From Candidatus Latescibacterota bacterium (lineage in GTDB: Bacteria; Latescibacterota; UBA2968; UBA8231), in NCBI GenBank assembly GCA_965248265.1, contig CBDFJF010000002.1, positions 352,001-416,000 of the forward strand: a stretch of 64,000 nucleotides of DNA, written 5' to 3'. The notes below the pieces were generated by a model. That model saw nothing but the letters and a program-made list of their open reading frames with translations. It was not told the origin of the DNA and ran no database searches. Shown here in pieces: positions 48,325-57,282 of this stretch; the stretch's first letter is position 1; each line of letters begins with the position of its first letter. The position numbers and the translations under genes are program-made.

Positions 48325-50664
48325 ATGGCGAAGAAATCACAAATGACGCAGGTCGGCAAGCGCAAGTTGGAGATCTCCAACCTGGACAAGCCGCTGTGGC
48401 CGGAAGACGGCATCGTCAAGGCCGAGCTGATCGAATACTACCTGAAGATCGCGCCGACAATTCTCCGTCACATCAAGGGCCGGCCGCTGTCCTTTGTGCG
48501 TTTTCCCGACGGCATTCACGGTGAAAGCTTCTTCCAGAAAAACAGGCCCGACTGGGCGCCGGCATGGCTGGAGCACGAGAAGGTCGGCGACGAGGACAGC
48601 GCTCTCGACTACGTCTTTGCCAGCGAAGAGGCCTCGATGGTGTGGATCGGCAATCACGCCTGCATCGAGCTGCATCAGATTCACGCGCGGCGGCCCCACT
48701 TCGACAAACCGGACTACATGGTCTTCGACCTCGATCCTCCGGAGGGATTTCCATTCCCTGACGTGGTCGAACTGGCATTCGAGTTGAAGGATCACGTCGA
48801 ATCCCACGGCTACCACACCTTCGCCAAGACCACGGGTCGCAAGGGTATCCACCTGGTTGTGCCGGTCGAGCCCAAGTGGTCATTCAGCGAGGTGTTTGAG
48901 ACTGCCAAGGCGATCGCCCAACCATTCGTGCGCTCCCACTCGTCTTCGACGACTCTGGCCATAAAGAAGGAGGCGCGAAAAGGGCGGGTTCTCGTTGACG
49001 TTTTCCGCAACCGTCCGGCGCAGACGATCGTCGCTCCCTACAGCGTGCGCGGATCTGCCGGCGCACCGGTGTCGATGCCGTTGACCTGGGAGGATCTGGA
49101 AGGTCTCGAGGACCCGCGCGAGTTCAATCTGCGCACGGTCTTTGACCGGGTCGTCTCCGAGGGCGATCCGTGGGAGGCACTGGCGGCGTACGCCGTGGCC
49201 CTGCACACCGAGCGCAAGGCGCCTGCCCGCAAGCGCGCCAGGACGAGCAAGTCGAGGACCTACAAGACCCCTGAACAACTGGAGGATTACGAGGCCAAGC
49301 GCGCCTTTGACAAGACGCCGGAGCCCAAGGCCGAGCTTGTCGGTGGGGGAGGTAATGCCTTCGTCGTCCACCGGCATCACGCCTCGCGTCTGCACTACGA
49401 TCTGCGCCTGGAAAAGGACGGGGCGCTACAGTCGTGGGCTATCCCGAAGGGTCTGCCACCACGTCCGGGTATCAAGCGCCTGGCGGTGAAGGTCGAGGAC
49501 CACCCGCTGGAGTACCTGACCTTCGAGGGCCGCATCCCCAAAGGGGAATATGGCGCTGGTCCGATGTGGGTCTACGCACACGGACGCTACGAGATCACCA
49601 AGGACAAGCCGGACAGCTTTTACTTTAGGCTGCAAAGCAAGGAACTGACGGCCGAATACCGGTTGATAAACACCAAGGGGAAGGATTGGCTGCTGGAGCG
49701 TCTCGACAGCCCGCAGGTCGACTGGTTGAACGACCAAATCGAGCCGATGCTGGCCGAAAGCCGGGATGAGCCACCTACCGGTGACGAATATGTCTACGAG
49801 GTGAAATGGGACGGCATTCGAGCCATGGTCGCTCTCGAGGAAGGGGAGATCCGCATTCGCACACGCAGCCAGCGCGATGTGACTACCTCATTTCCGGAGT
49901 TGCAGTCGGCGGAGCTCTTCCGCGGCGCCACAGGGCTGTTCGACGGCGAGATCGTCTGCCTGGATGATGCCGGCAAGCCGGTGTTCACGGATGTGATGGG
50001 GAGGCTCCAGGCCAAGGGGGAGCATGGCATCGCGCGATCGATGGGGCGCCATCCCGCGGTCTGTTACCTGTTCGATTGCCTCTACCTGGATGGCCGCCCG
50101 ATCGTCAATGAACCGATGATGCGCCGGCACGAGTGGCTGGAGAGTGCCATCAAGCCGGATGGGCCGTATCGAGCCAGTGAAGTGGTCGAGGAAGGGGGTC
50201 AGGAGCTGTTCGAGGCTGCCAAAACGATCGGGATCGAGGGGATCGTGGCAAAAACGAGGGACGGCTCGTATCTTCCGGGAAGGCGCAGCGACACCTGGCT
50301 CAAGGTCAAGGTGCGCCAGACTATGGAGTGCCAGGTTCTGGGCTATACCAGTGGAAAAGGGGACCGACTGAGCCACTTTGGTGCCCTGCATCTGGGGGTC
50401 TCAAACGGGGAAAACGGGGGCATCAAGTACCTGGGCAAGGTCGGTAACGGCTTCGACGACAAGTTGCTGAAGTCCATTCACTCGCAACTCAAAAAAGTCA
50501 AAGAGACCAAGCGCCAGATCAGCCAGAAACCAGCGGACGACGCTGAGACCACCTGGATCGAGCCCAACCTGATCTGCGAGGTGCAGTTCGCGTCGCTGAC
50601 GAACATGGGAACGCTGCGAGAGGCCGTGTTCCTGAGAATGCGACCTGACCTCGACGAATTCTAA
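48325..50664 (+). CDS. ligD: NHEJ DNA ligase D (polymerase-phosphoesterase-ligase order)
   Basis: POL: SNLDK, RFPDG, FFQKN, FDLDP, PYSVR. PE: FVVHRHHASRLHYDLRLE, SWAIPKG, EDHP. LIG: YEVKWDGIR, EGIVAK, WLKVK. Confidence 0.96.
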   Translation: MAKKSQMTQVGKRKLEISNLDKPLWPEDGIVKAELIEYYLKIAPTILRHIKGRPLSFVRFPDGIHGESFFQKNRPDWAPAWLEHEKVGDEDSALDYVFASEEASMVWIGNHACIELHQIHARRPHFDKPDYMVFDLDPPEGFPFPDVVELAFELKDHVESHGYHTFAKTTGRKGIHLVVPVEPKWSFSEVFETAKAIAQPFVRSHSSSTTLAIKKEARKGRVLVDVFRNRPAQTIVAPYSVRGSAGAPVSMPLTWEDLEGLEDPREFNLRTVFDRVVSEGDPWEALAAYAVALHTERKAPARKRARTSKSRTYKTPEQLEDYEAKRAFDKTPEPKAELVGGGGNAFVVHRHHASRLHYDLRLEKDGALQSWAIPKGLPPRPGIKRLAVKVEDHPLEYLTFEGRIPKGEYGAGPMWVYAHGRYEITKDKPDSFYFRLQSKELTAEYRLINTKGKDWLLERLDSPQVDWLNDQIEPMLAESRDEPPTGDEYVYEVKWDGIRAMVALEEGEIRIRTRSQRDVTTSFPELQSAELFRGATGLFDGEIVCLDDAGKPVFTDVMGRLQAKGEHGIARSMGRHPAVCYLFDCLYLDGRPIVNEPMMRRHEWLESAIKPDGPYRASEVVEEGGQELFEAAKTIGIEGIVAKTRDGSYLPGRRSDTWLKVKVRQTMECQVLGYTSGKGDRLSHFGALHLGVSNGENGGIKYLGKVGNGFDDKLLKSIHSQLKKVKETKRQISQKPADDAETTWIEPNLICEVQFASLTNMGTLREAVFLRMRPDLDEF

Positions 50665-50797
50665 CGAATTCATTTGCGAGTTCGACTCCTGTCGAACTCG
50701 TGACAGGTGACTCACCGTTAGAAGGGATTTTGCGTGACTAAAAGGAGTGAACCATGAGAAGGACGAGTTCTGCGAACTCGTTTCATAGGAGGGTACT

Positions 50798-51685
50798 ATG
50801 AGAAGCTTATGGAAGGGTCACATTCGGTTTTCGATGGTGACGATTCCTATTCGTCTCTACACCGCCGTCGACAGCGGGGCCACGGTCAGCTTTAATCAGC
50901 TGCACAAGGAGGACAATGGCCGCGTCGGCTATGACAAGAAGTGCAAGAGCTGTGGCGAGGCGCTCAGTGCCAAGGATATCATCAAGGGCTACGAGTATTC
51001 TCCGGATGAGTACGTCGTCGTCGAGGATGAGGATCTGCAGAAGCTCAAGCTGAAGAGCACGAAGATCATCGAGATCGAAGGCTTCGTCGATACCGAAGAG
51101 GTACACGAAACCCTATACGACACTCCGTATTACGCAGGTCCGGATGGCGAGGTTGCGGTCAAGGTCTATGCCCTGTTAAACGAAGCCTTGAAGGCCAGTG
51201 GCAAACTCGGTGTCGGGAAGGTGGTCATGCGTGACCGTGAGGACATGGTGCTGATCGGCCATCACGAAGGTGGTCTGGTCATCTACAAGCTGAGGTATCC
51301 TCAGCGAGTGCGTGCGATCGGCGAGGTTCCGGGGATCGATCAGACCGAGGTCAACTCCGAGGAGTTGAAGCTGGCGCAGAGCCTGGTAGACTCGATGTCG
51401 AAGCCGCTGGCCGACATGGAGCTCAAGGATACCTATAATGATGCCATCAAGGACCTGATCAATGCCAAGGTGGAGGGCCAGGAGATTGTCATGGCGGCCG
51501 AAGAGGTCAAGCCGGTCGTCGACATCATGTCCGCTCTCAAGGACAGCATCGAGCAGGCCAAGGAAGAGAAGAAGCCGATGAAGAAGGCGGCCGGTGAGAA
51601 AGCCGCAGCCAAGAAAAAGGCGCCAAAAAAGAAGGCAGCTCCCAAGAAGGCCAAGGCCAAGGCCAAGGCCAAGAAGGTGGCGTGA
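50798..51685 (+). CDS. ku: NHEJ Ku protein
   Basis: MRSLWKGHIRFSMVTIP, IIKGYEY, PYY, DIMSALKDSI and a Lys/Ala-rich tail. Confidence 0.97.
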   Translation: MRSLWKGHIRFSMVTIPIRLYTAVDSGATVSFNQLHKEDNGRVGYDKKCKSCGEALSAKDIIKGYEYSPDEYVVVEDEDLQKLKLKSTKIIEIEGFVDTEEVHETLYDTPYYAGPDGEVAVKVYALLNEALKASGKLGVGKVVMRDREDMVLIGHHEGGLVIYKLRYPQRVRAIGEVPGIDQTEVNSEELKLAQSLVDSMSKPLADMELKDTYNDAIKDLINAKVEGQEIVMAAEEVKPVVDIMSALKDSIEQAKEEKKPMKKAAGEKAAAKKKAPKKKAAPKKAKAKAKAKKVA

Positions 51686-51719
51686 GTGCGCGTCATATCG
51701 AACAATAGATCATGAGATC

Positions 51720-52325
51720 ATGGCTACCATCCTAAAATTCCCCGCGCAGGCACCGACCAAGTTCGGCTTCAAACGGGTCAGTCCGCGCCGGCGCAAAGAT
51801 GATGAAAACCAACTGGATCTGTTCGTCCCCAATGAGGGAAAGATCCTGCGGCTACCGACTGGCCTGAGCGCCTTCGAAGAAGCCCTGTCGATGGAGGAAC
51901 GGGGTGATGAGCAGGCGGCAATCGAGATGTACGGCAGGGCCATAACGGAAGGGGATTCGGTCGCTGATTCGCACTGCAACCTAGGTGTGCTGCAGTCCCA
52001 GCGCGGTGAGACGGGCACGGCCTTCGAGTCCTTCAAGAACGCGCTCAAGCAGGACCAGCAGCACTGGGAGACGCATTACAACATCGGCAACCTCTACTTC
52101 GATACAGAAGACTACCGTCCTGCCCGGTTGCATTACGAGCTGGCAGCCGAAGTCCAACCGGAGTTCCGCAACATCTTCTACAATCTGGGGCTTGTCCTGG
52201 CCATCCAGGAGGAGGTCCATCCCGCCATCGAAGCGCTCAACCGCTATCGCGAGCTCGCCCCAGACGGGGAAGCCGGAGCGGCTGCAGATCTACTCGAGAC
52301 CCTGAGGAGGTCGCTGGAGGGATAG
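51720..52325 (+). CDS. TPR protein with N-terminal QLDLF motif, encoded directly after ku
   Basis: TPR helices SHCNLG, THYNIG and IFYNLG; basic disordered N-terminus containing QLDLF (51810-51824). Confidence 0.85.
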   Translation: MATILKFPAQAPTKFGFKRVSPRRRKDDENQLDLFVPNEGKILRLPTGLSAFEEALSMEERGDEQAAIEMYGRAITEGDSVADSHCNLGVLQSQRGETGTAFESFKNALKQDQQHWETHYNIGNLYFDTEDYRPARLHYELAAEVQPEFRNIFYNLGLVLAIQEEVHPAIEALNRYRELAPDGEAGAAADLLETLRRSLEG

Positions 52326-52329
52326 ACGC

Positions 52330-53889
52330 TCAGGCCTGCATCTGGCGTTTCAGTTCGCGCTCGTACTCGCCGAGGATGTTGCCGTAGACATCCTCGCTCA
52401 TGAACCCGGTCACCCGCAACGACAATGTGTTTTGCTGCCTTCCCGCCGGGACGTAGTGGCGCTTGTCGGTCCCCTGAGGGCGGCCCCACAAATGGCCGTC
52501 ATGCGGCGAGACGTAGTCGAGCCGCCGCTTGGTGCTATCCGTTCCGGGTCCGAACAGGGTTATCAGATGAGGGGAATAAAGGTCATCGGTATGCCACATG
52601 CTACCAGCCTCGTAATCCGTCATTTCGATCTCTCCACCAGGACCGACGATGGAACCACTGAGCGCCACGTAGGCTCGGCGGGGGGCGATCACGTCTACCT
52701 GTGAGTTACACAGGGCGATGATGTAACGCAGGTAGGGACCTTCATGGGCATGGCCGGCCAGCCGGCTGATGACTTCAGGGCGTGTTTTGGCGCTGAAACC
52801 CTCAGTCTGGGTAATGCAGTATTCGGCTACCGCTACTGGAATTACCTTGTCGAGGTCATGTTCGTCGAGGACCTGGGCGATGGCGTTCCCCGCCCGCATT
52901 CCAGCCGCGGTCCGGGCCTCCTCCAGCGTGCGATAAAACTCTGACTTGAAGGTCCTCTTTCTGTCGTCATCGGGTTGATCAATGATCATTACCAGCGCCG
53001 GCTTGGTGGCAATGCGTATGGCATCGGAGTGAAAGAGGACTATCTGAGTCAGGGAAGGCAGGAAGTCGCTGATTTCCGAGATCTGCGAAATCAGGTGAGC
53101 ACCACTTACCTCGTGGCTTTCATCAGCGCCGGGCTCCTCATTCCACAGACCGCAATCGTGCATGAAGCCACCAAGAAAAATCTCCGCAAGGTCCCGTCGG
53201 CACCGAGCGTTATCCTCCGTATCCTCGCCATTGCCAGCCGTGTCTACCGACTCGGAATCTTCCGATTTGAGCAAGGCCTGCGAAGCCAACTCCGTTGCGA
53301 ACACGGCGACGTTGAGGGCGTGCTGCACCGTGCGCGTGGCCAGGTCGTGGCGGGCGATCAGATCCATGATCAGGGTATTGCCAATCAGGTACTCGTCGAT
53401 GGCCGTGCGCACAGCCGTGTGGAAGTGCCGGATGCGTCCTTCCAGTTCCTGCAGGTTTTCGACGACCTCCCGGTTGCGCAGGGCGGACATCGTAAAGGCG
53501 CCGCCGCCGACGATGCGGTAGATCTCCGTGGCTTTGCGGGCGACGTCCTCCGCTTTGACGACGACTTCCCGGGAGATCTCCGTGGCCTTGCGGGTGCGTT
53601 CGCGCGCCGCCGAAACCGGCTCCGCCAGATCGGGAGGCGTTCGGCTGGCACCCCGTTCCTGGCTGATGACGACGTCCACGTAGGTGGGCCGGCGGCCGGC
53701 GGCCGGGTTGCGCTGTTCGAGCCAACTGAGGTGTCGCTCTGTGATTTTGGCATTGACGGCGATGAATACGGATCCGCCTGGACCGTAGATGTCCTTGGCG
53801 GCACGCACGGCGAGGCCCATGTCCTTGCCCCTGGCTTCCTGCAGGATGACACGCAAATCCCGAGTGCTGATGCTGATAGCGCTGCTCAT
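52330..53889 (-). CDS. HD-domain protein, degenerate HD-GYP-like architecture
   Basis: AKDIYGPGG..I…ITERHL N-terminus, HALNVA, GGFMHDCG and HEVSGA; no GYP motif. Confidence 0.7.
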   Translation of the reverse strand: MSSAISISTRDLRVILQEARGKDMGLAVRAAKDIYGPGGSVFIAVNAKITERHLSWLEQRNPAAGRRPTYVDVVISQERGASRTPPDLAEPVSAARERTRKATEISREVVVKAEDVARKATEIYRIVGGGAFTMSALRNREVVENLQELEGRIRHFHTAVRTAIDEYLIGNTLIMDLIARHDLATRTVQHALNVAVFATELASQALLKSEDSESVDTAGNGEDTEDNARCRRDLAEIFLGGFMHDCGLWNEEPGADESHEVSGAHLISQISEISDFLPSLTQIVLFHSDAIRIATKPALVMIIDQPDDDRKRTFKSEFYRTLEEARTAAGMRAGNAIAQVLDEHDLDKVIPVAVAEYCITQTEGFSAKTRPEVISRLAGHAHEGPYLRYIIALCNSQVDVIAPRRAYVALSGSIVGPGGEIEMTDYEAGSMWHTDDLYSPHLITLFGPGTDSTKRRLDYVSPHDGHLWGRPQGTDKRHYVPAGRQQNTLSLRVTGFMSEDVYGNILGEYERELKRQMQA

Positions 53890-53935
53890 AGCTGTATAGG
53901 ATAGAGCGGGGCGGACCTGACTAGCGTGACCGGCC

Positions 53936-54202
53936 TCACATTTGGCCGGGCGGGTTTATCGCCACAATTGCCCGATTGCGGCCAGTTTCTCGTCGCCGAG
54001 GTAGCCGTAGCGTATCGAACAGGCGCGGGCTGCTGCCGGCGTCGTCAGACGGCTCTGTTACCGTGGGATTGATGGCGACGGCCGTGGCGCCAGCGCGCTC
54101 GAGGTTGTCGAGTACGGGGTCGATGCCCTCGCTCTGAATGAAATCACAGAAGACGGTAAAGCCCAGCAGGCGGCGGGTGCGGTCCGCAGTTTTGGACATC
54201 AT
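53936..54202 (-). pseudogene. Probable truncated remnant of a larger hypothetical (TIM-barrel-like) protein
   Basis: The N-terminus LGFTVFCDFIQSEGIDPVLDNLERAGATAVAINPTV looks like a folded beta-alpha-beta start, then degenerates after PRLFD. Confidence 0.4.
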
Positions 54203-54338
54203 CCGTTCCTGGCGCGCGCACACGCACGCGATTAGGATTGAGCCCTAAACCAAGTTATCGTCTCGACCGCGACCCGAGACGGTACACGATTCACACGAAG
54301 GCGCAAGCGTTACCGAATCTCACCGAGGTGAATGAGAA

Positions 54339-55745
54339 ATGAGTTCGACTGAATTCTGTTTTTTGTCCGCCACCGAACTGCGGGCATTGTACCTGAGCGG
54401 TGAGGTTTCCCCGGTGGAGGTGACGGGGGCGTTGCTGGGGCACATCGAAGAACACAATCCCCAGATCAATGCCTATGTGACGGTGACCGCCGAACTGGCC
54501 CTGGAGCAGGCAGCGGAGGCGGAGAAGGTGTTGGCAGACTCCGCTGATTCGTCGCCGCCCCTGACAGGGATTCCGTTTTCGCTGAAGGATCTAACCGCCA
54601 CCAAGGGCATCAGGACAACACGCGGCTCTCTGCTGTACAAGGACTGGGTGCCCGATTTCGATGGGCCCATGGTCGGTAGCATGCGCGAGGCGGGCAGCGT
54701 GCTGCTCGGCAAGACCAACACGCCCGAGTTCGGTTGGAAGGGTGATTCGGGCAATCGCGTTGTCGGGCCGACGCACAATCCGTGGAAGATCGGTCGCACC
54801 GCCGGTGGCTCCAGCGGTGGCGCCTCCGCTGCGGTGGCTGCCGGCATGGGACCCCTAGCGCAGGGCACGGACGGCGCCGGTTCGATTAGGATTCCTGCCT
54901 GCTTCTGCGGTGTCTTCGGGCTCAAGCCATCCTTCGGGCGCGTGCCACAGTACCCGGCGAGCCCGGTCGAGATGCTGTCGCATGCCGGCCCGATAACGCG
55001 AACGGTCCGCGATGCCGCGCTCATGCTGGACGCCGTCGCCTGTCCTGATGTCGTCGACAAGCTGTCGCTGCCTCGCGAGGAGGAGTTCGCCGCGGCCGTC
55101 GACGGAGGCATCGCCGGTCTGCGAGTCGCCTGGACTCCGGATCTGGGGTATGCCCCGGTGGATCCCGAAGTAGGACCAATTGTACAGAGAGCGGCTGAGA
55201 TGTTTACCCAATTAGGCTGTGAGGTCGAAGAAGCGAATCCAGGTCTGGCCGATCCGTGGGATTTCGTCGATCCCACCTGGGCCTGTGCCTTCGCGGCGGT
55301 TTACCGCGACAACTGGGACGCGGTCAAGGATCAGCTGGAGCCCGGCTTGAGGGACGTCGTCCTCCATGGCCGTGAGTTTAGCGGCGCCGACCTGGCTGCC
55401 GCCAACATCCGGCGCAATGAATACTATCACGGATGGCGCGAGTTCATGGAGAGTTATGATCTGGTGCTGATGCCGACGCTGCCGGTGGCTGCCTTTGCCG
55501 CGGGTGACGATCACCCCGGTCAGGTCAATGGCATGCCGACGACTTACCTGGGGTGGACGGCCTTCACCTATCCGTTCAATGTGACCGGACAACCGGCCGC
55601 GACGTTGCCGTGTGGCTTCACCAGTGAAAGTCTGCCGGTGGGCTTACAGGTAGTGGGCAAGTGGCGGCAGGATGGCACCGTACTGCGAGCCTGCGCCGCA
55701 TTCGAGGAGCTGCAACCCTGGCAGGGCACACGGCCCCCGCTGTAA
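54339..55745 (+). CDS. Amidase signature family enzyme
   Basis: GIPFSLKD, GKTNTPEFG, GGSSGG and GTDGAGSIRIPA (Ser-cisSer-Lys triad). Confidence 0.95.
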   Translation: MSSTEFCFLSATELRALYLSGEVSPVEVTGALLGHIEEHNPQINAYVTVTAELALEQAAEAEKVLADSADSSPPLTGIPFSLKDLTATKGIRTTRGSLLYKDWVPDFDGPMVGSMREAGSVLLGKTNTPEFGWKGDSGNRVVGPTHNPWKIGRTAGGSSGGASAAVAAGMGPLAQGTDGAGSIRIPACFCGVFGLKPSFGRVPQYPASPVEMLSHAGPITRTVRDAALMLDAVACPDVVDKLSLPREEEFAAAVDGGIAGLRVAWTPDLGYAPVDPEVGPIVQRAAEMFTQLGCEVEEANPGLADPWDFVDPTWACAFAAVYRDNWDAVKDQLEPGLRDVVLHGREFSGADLAAANIRRNEYYHGWREFMESYDLVLMPTLPVAAFAAGDDHPGQVNGMPTTYLGWTAFTYPFNVTGQPAATLPCGFTSESLPVGLQVVGKWRQDGTVLRACAAFEELQPWQGTRPPL

Positions 55746-55817
55746 TCAGGTGATCTTGCCACGCGGGCACGGCGATCGTACATGGGAAAGCCCGGGATCG
55801 CAGAACGCGGGACCGCT

Positions 55818-57185
55818 TTAGGGAATCGCGGCTTCGAAAGCAGCGATGATCTTGTCGGCTTCCGGCTCCGTGAGCACGAGTGGAGGCGACAGAAACAGCA
55901 TGCTCTCAAGGCCCGGCAGGCAGTGACTCATGCCGCCGACGAGGACGCCTTCTTCCTTGATGCGGCCTTTCACCTGAGTGAAGCGCTGTCCGTCCAGGGG
56001 ATCTCCAGACTCGGGGTCGATCAACTCAACTGCGATTAACAGACCCAGGCCGCGGACGTTGCCGACCAGCGGTGATTTGAGCTGTTTGAGTCCTTCCAGC
56101 AGGTAGGCACCGACGCGTGCCGAGTTTTCCCAGAGACGCTCTCCCATGACGATGTCGAGGTTAGCCAGCGCGGCAACACAGCAGGCGGGGTGACCTCCAT
56201 AGGTTGATACCTGTGCCAGTTCCCGCTCCTCGCCAGGATCGCCCATGAAGGTCTCGAAGATCTCCGGGGTGACGGCGCAGGCCCCCAACGGCAGGTACCC
56301 GCTGGTGGCACCCTTGGCCATCGTCATCATGTCCGGGACGACATTCCATTGCTCGCTCGCGAACAGGGTGCCGGTGCGTCCGAACCCGGTGATGACTTCG
56401 TCCAGGATCAGCAGAACGTCGTAGCGGTCGCAAATCTCACGCAGACGCGGCAGGTAGTCATCGGGAGGAATGATTACCCCACCGCCGCCGATGACCGGCT
56501 CGACGATGACGGCGGCTACCGTCTCCGGGCCTTCGCGTTGGATGACCTGTTCAAATTGATCTACGCAGGCGATTTCGCATTCGGGGTACTTCAGCTTGAC
56601 CGGACAGCGGTAACAGTAGGGCGGATCGACGTGCAGGAATCCGGGGACCAGCGGTTCGAATTTCTTGCGCCGGCCCACCTGCCCGGTCGCTGACATGGCG
56701 CCGAAGGTGAAGCCGTGATAACCCTGATAGCGGGCGATGATCTTGTAGCGGTTCTGGCCGGGGTACTTCTGTCTGCCGTATTGGCGAGCGATTTTGAAGG
56801 CGGTCTCGTTGGCCTCTGAGCCACTGTTGCTGAAAAACAGGTGATTGAGATCGCCCGGTAGAATTTCGGCCAATCGAGCCGCAAGCGTGGCGGCCGGGAC
56901 GTTGATCTGGGACAAGGGATAGTAGCACAGCTGCTGCATCTGCTCGTAGACTGCGCGGGCAATTTCTTCGCGACCGTAGCCGACGTTGACATTCCACAGC
57001 CCGGCATAGCCATCGAGGTAGGTACGGCCCTCACCATCGACGAGGGTGCAGCCGTTGCCCTCGCGGATCACCATCAGGTCCTGCTCCTCCAGCGCCCGGT
57101 GCTGAAACAGCGGATGCCAGACGTGTCCGCGATCCTGCTCGCGGACGGCGTCCACGTCGATTTCGGCCAATTGCTGCTGTGTCAT
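55818..57185 (-). CDS. Class III PLP aminotransferase (omega-amino acid/BioA-like)
   Basis: YLDGYAGLWNVNVGYG, SGSEANE, YHG, DEVITGFGRTG and AKG. Confidence 0.95.
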   Translation of the reverse strand: MTQQQLAEIDVDAVREQDRGHVWHPLFQHRALEEQDLMVIREGNGCTLVDGEGRTYLDGYAGLWNVNVGYGREEIARAVYEQMQQLCYYPLSQINVPAATLAARLAEILPGDLNHLFFSNSGSEANETAFKIARQYGRQKYPGQNRYKIIARYQGYHGFTFGAMSATGQVGRRKKFEPLVPGFLHVDPPYCYRCPVKLKYPECEIACVDQFEQVIQREGPETVAAVIVEPVIGGGGVIIPPDDYLPRLREICDRYDVLLILDEVITGFGRTGTLFASEQWNVVPDMMTMAKGATSGYLPLGACAVTPEIFETFMGDPGEERELAQVSTYGGHPACCVAALANLDIVMGERLWENSARVGAYLLEGLKQLKSPLVGNVRGLGLLIAVELIDPESGDPLDGQRFTQVKGRIKEEGVLVGGMSHCLPGLESMLFLSPPLVLTEPEADKIIAAFEAAIP

Positions 57186-57282
57186 CTTCTCTTACCTTGA
57201 AAGGTTGGTGCGTGGTCGATCAGATCGGATTACTGATATAGGTATTTGACCCTCTCATCTCAAGAAGGTTTGTGAGCAAGCC

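Noticed and set aside
50677-50781. LexA (SOS) boxes upstream of ku
   Set aside because: The half-sites are arranged GTTC-Nx-GAAC, which fits neither GAAC-N4-GTTC nor GTTC-N7-GTTC boxes.
51580-51680. AAGGCC hexamer repeat and low-complexity stretch at the end of ku
   Set aside because: It encodes the ordinary Lys/Ala-rich basic tail known in bacterial Ku proteins.
54339-55745. gatA assignment for the amidase
   Set aside because: No gatC/gatB neighbours and only generic amidase-signature motifs, so it is left as an amidase.
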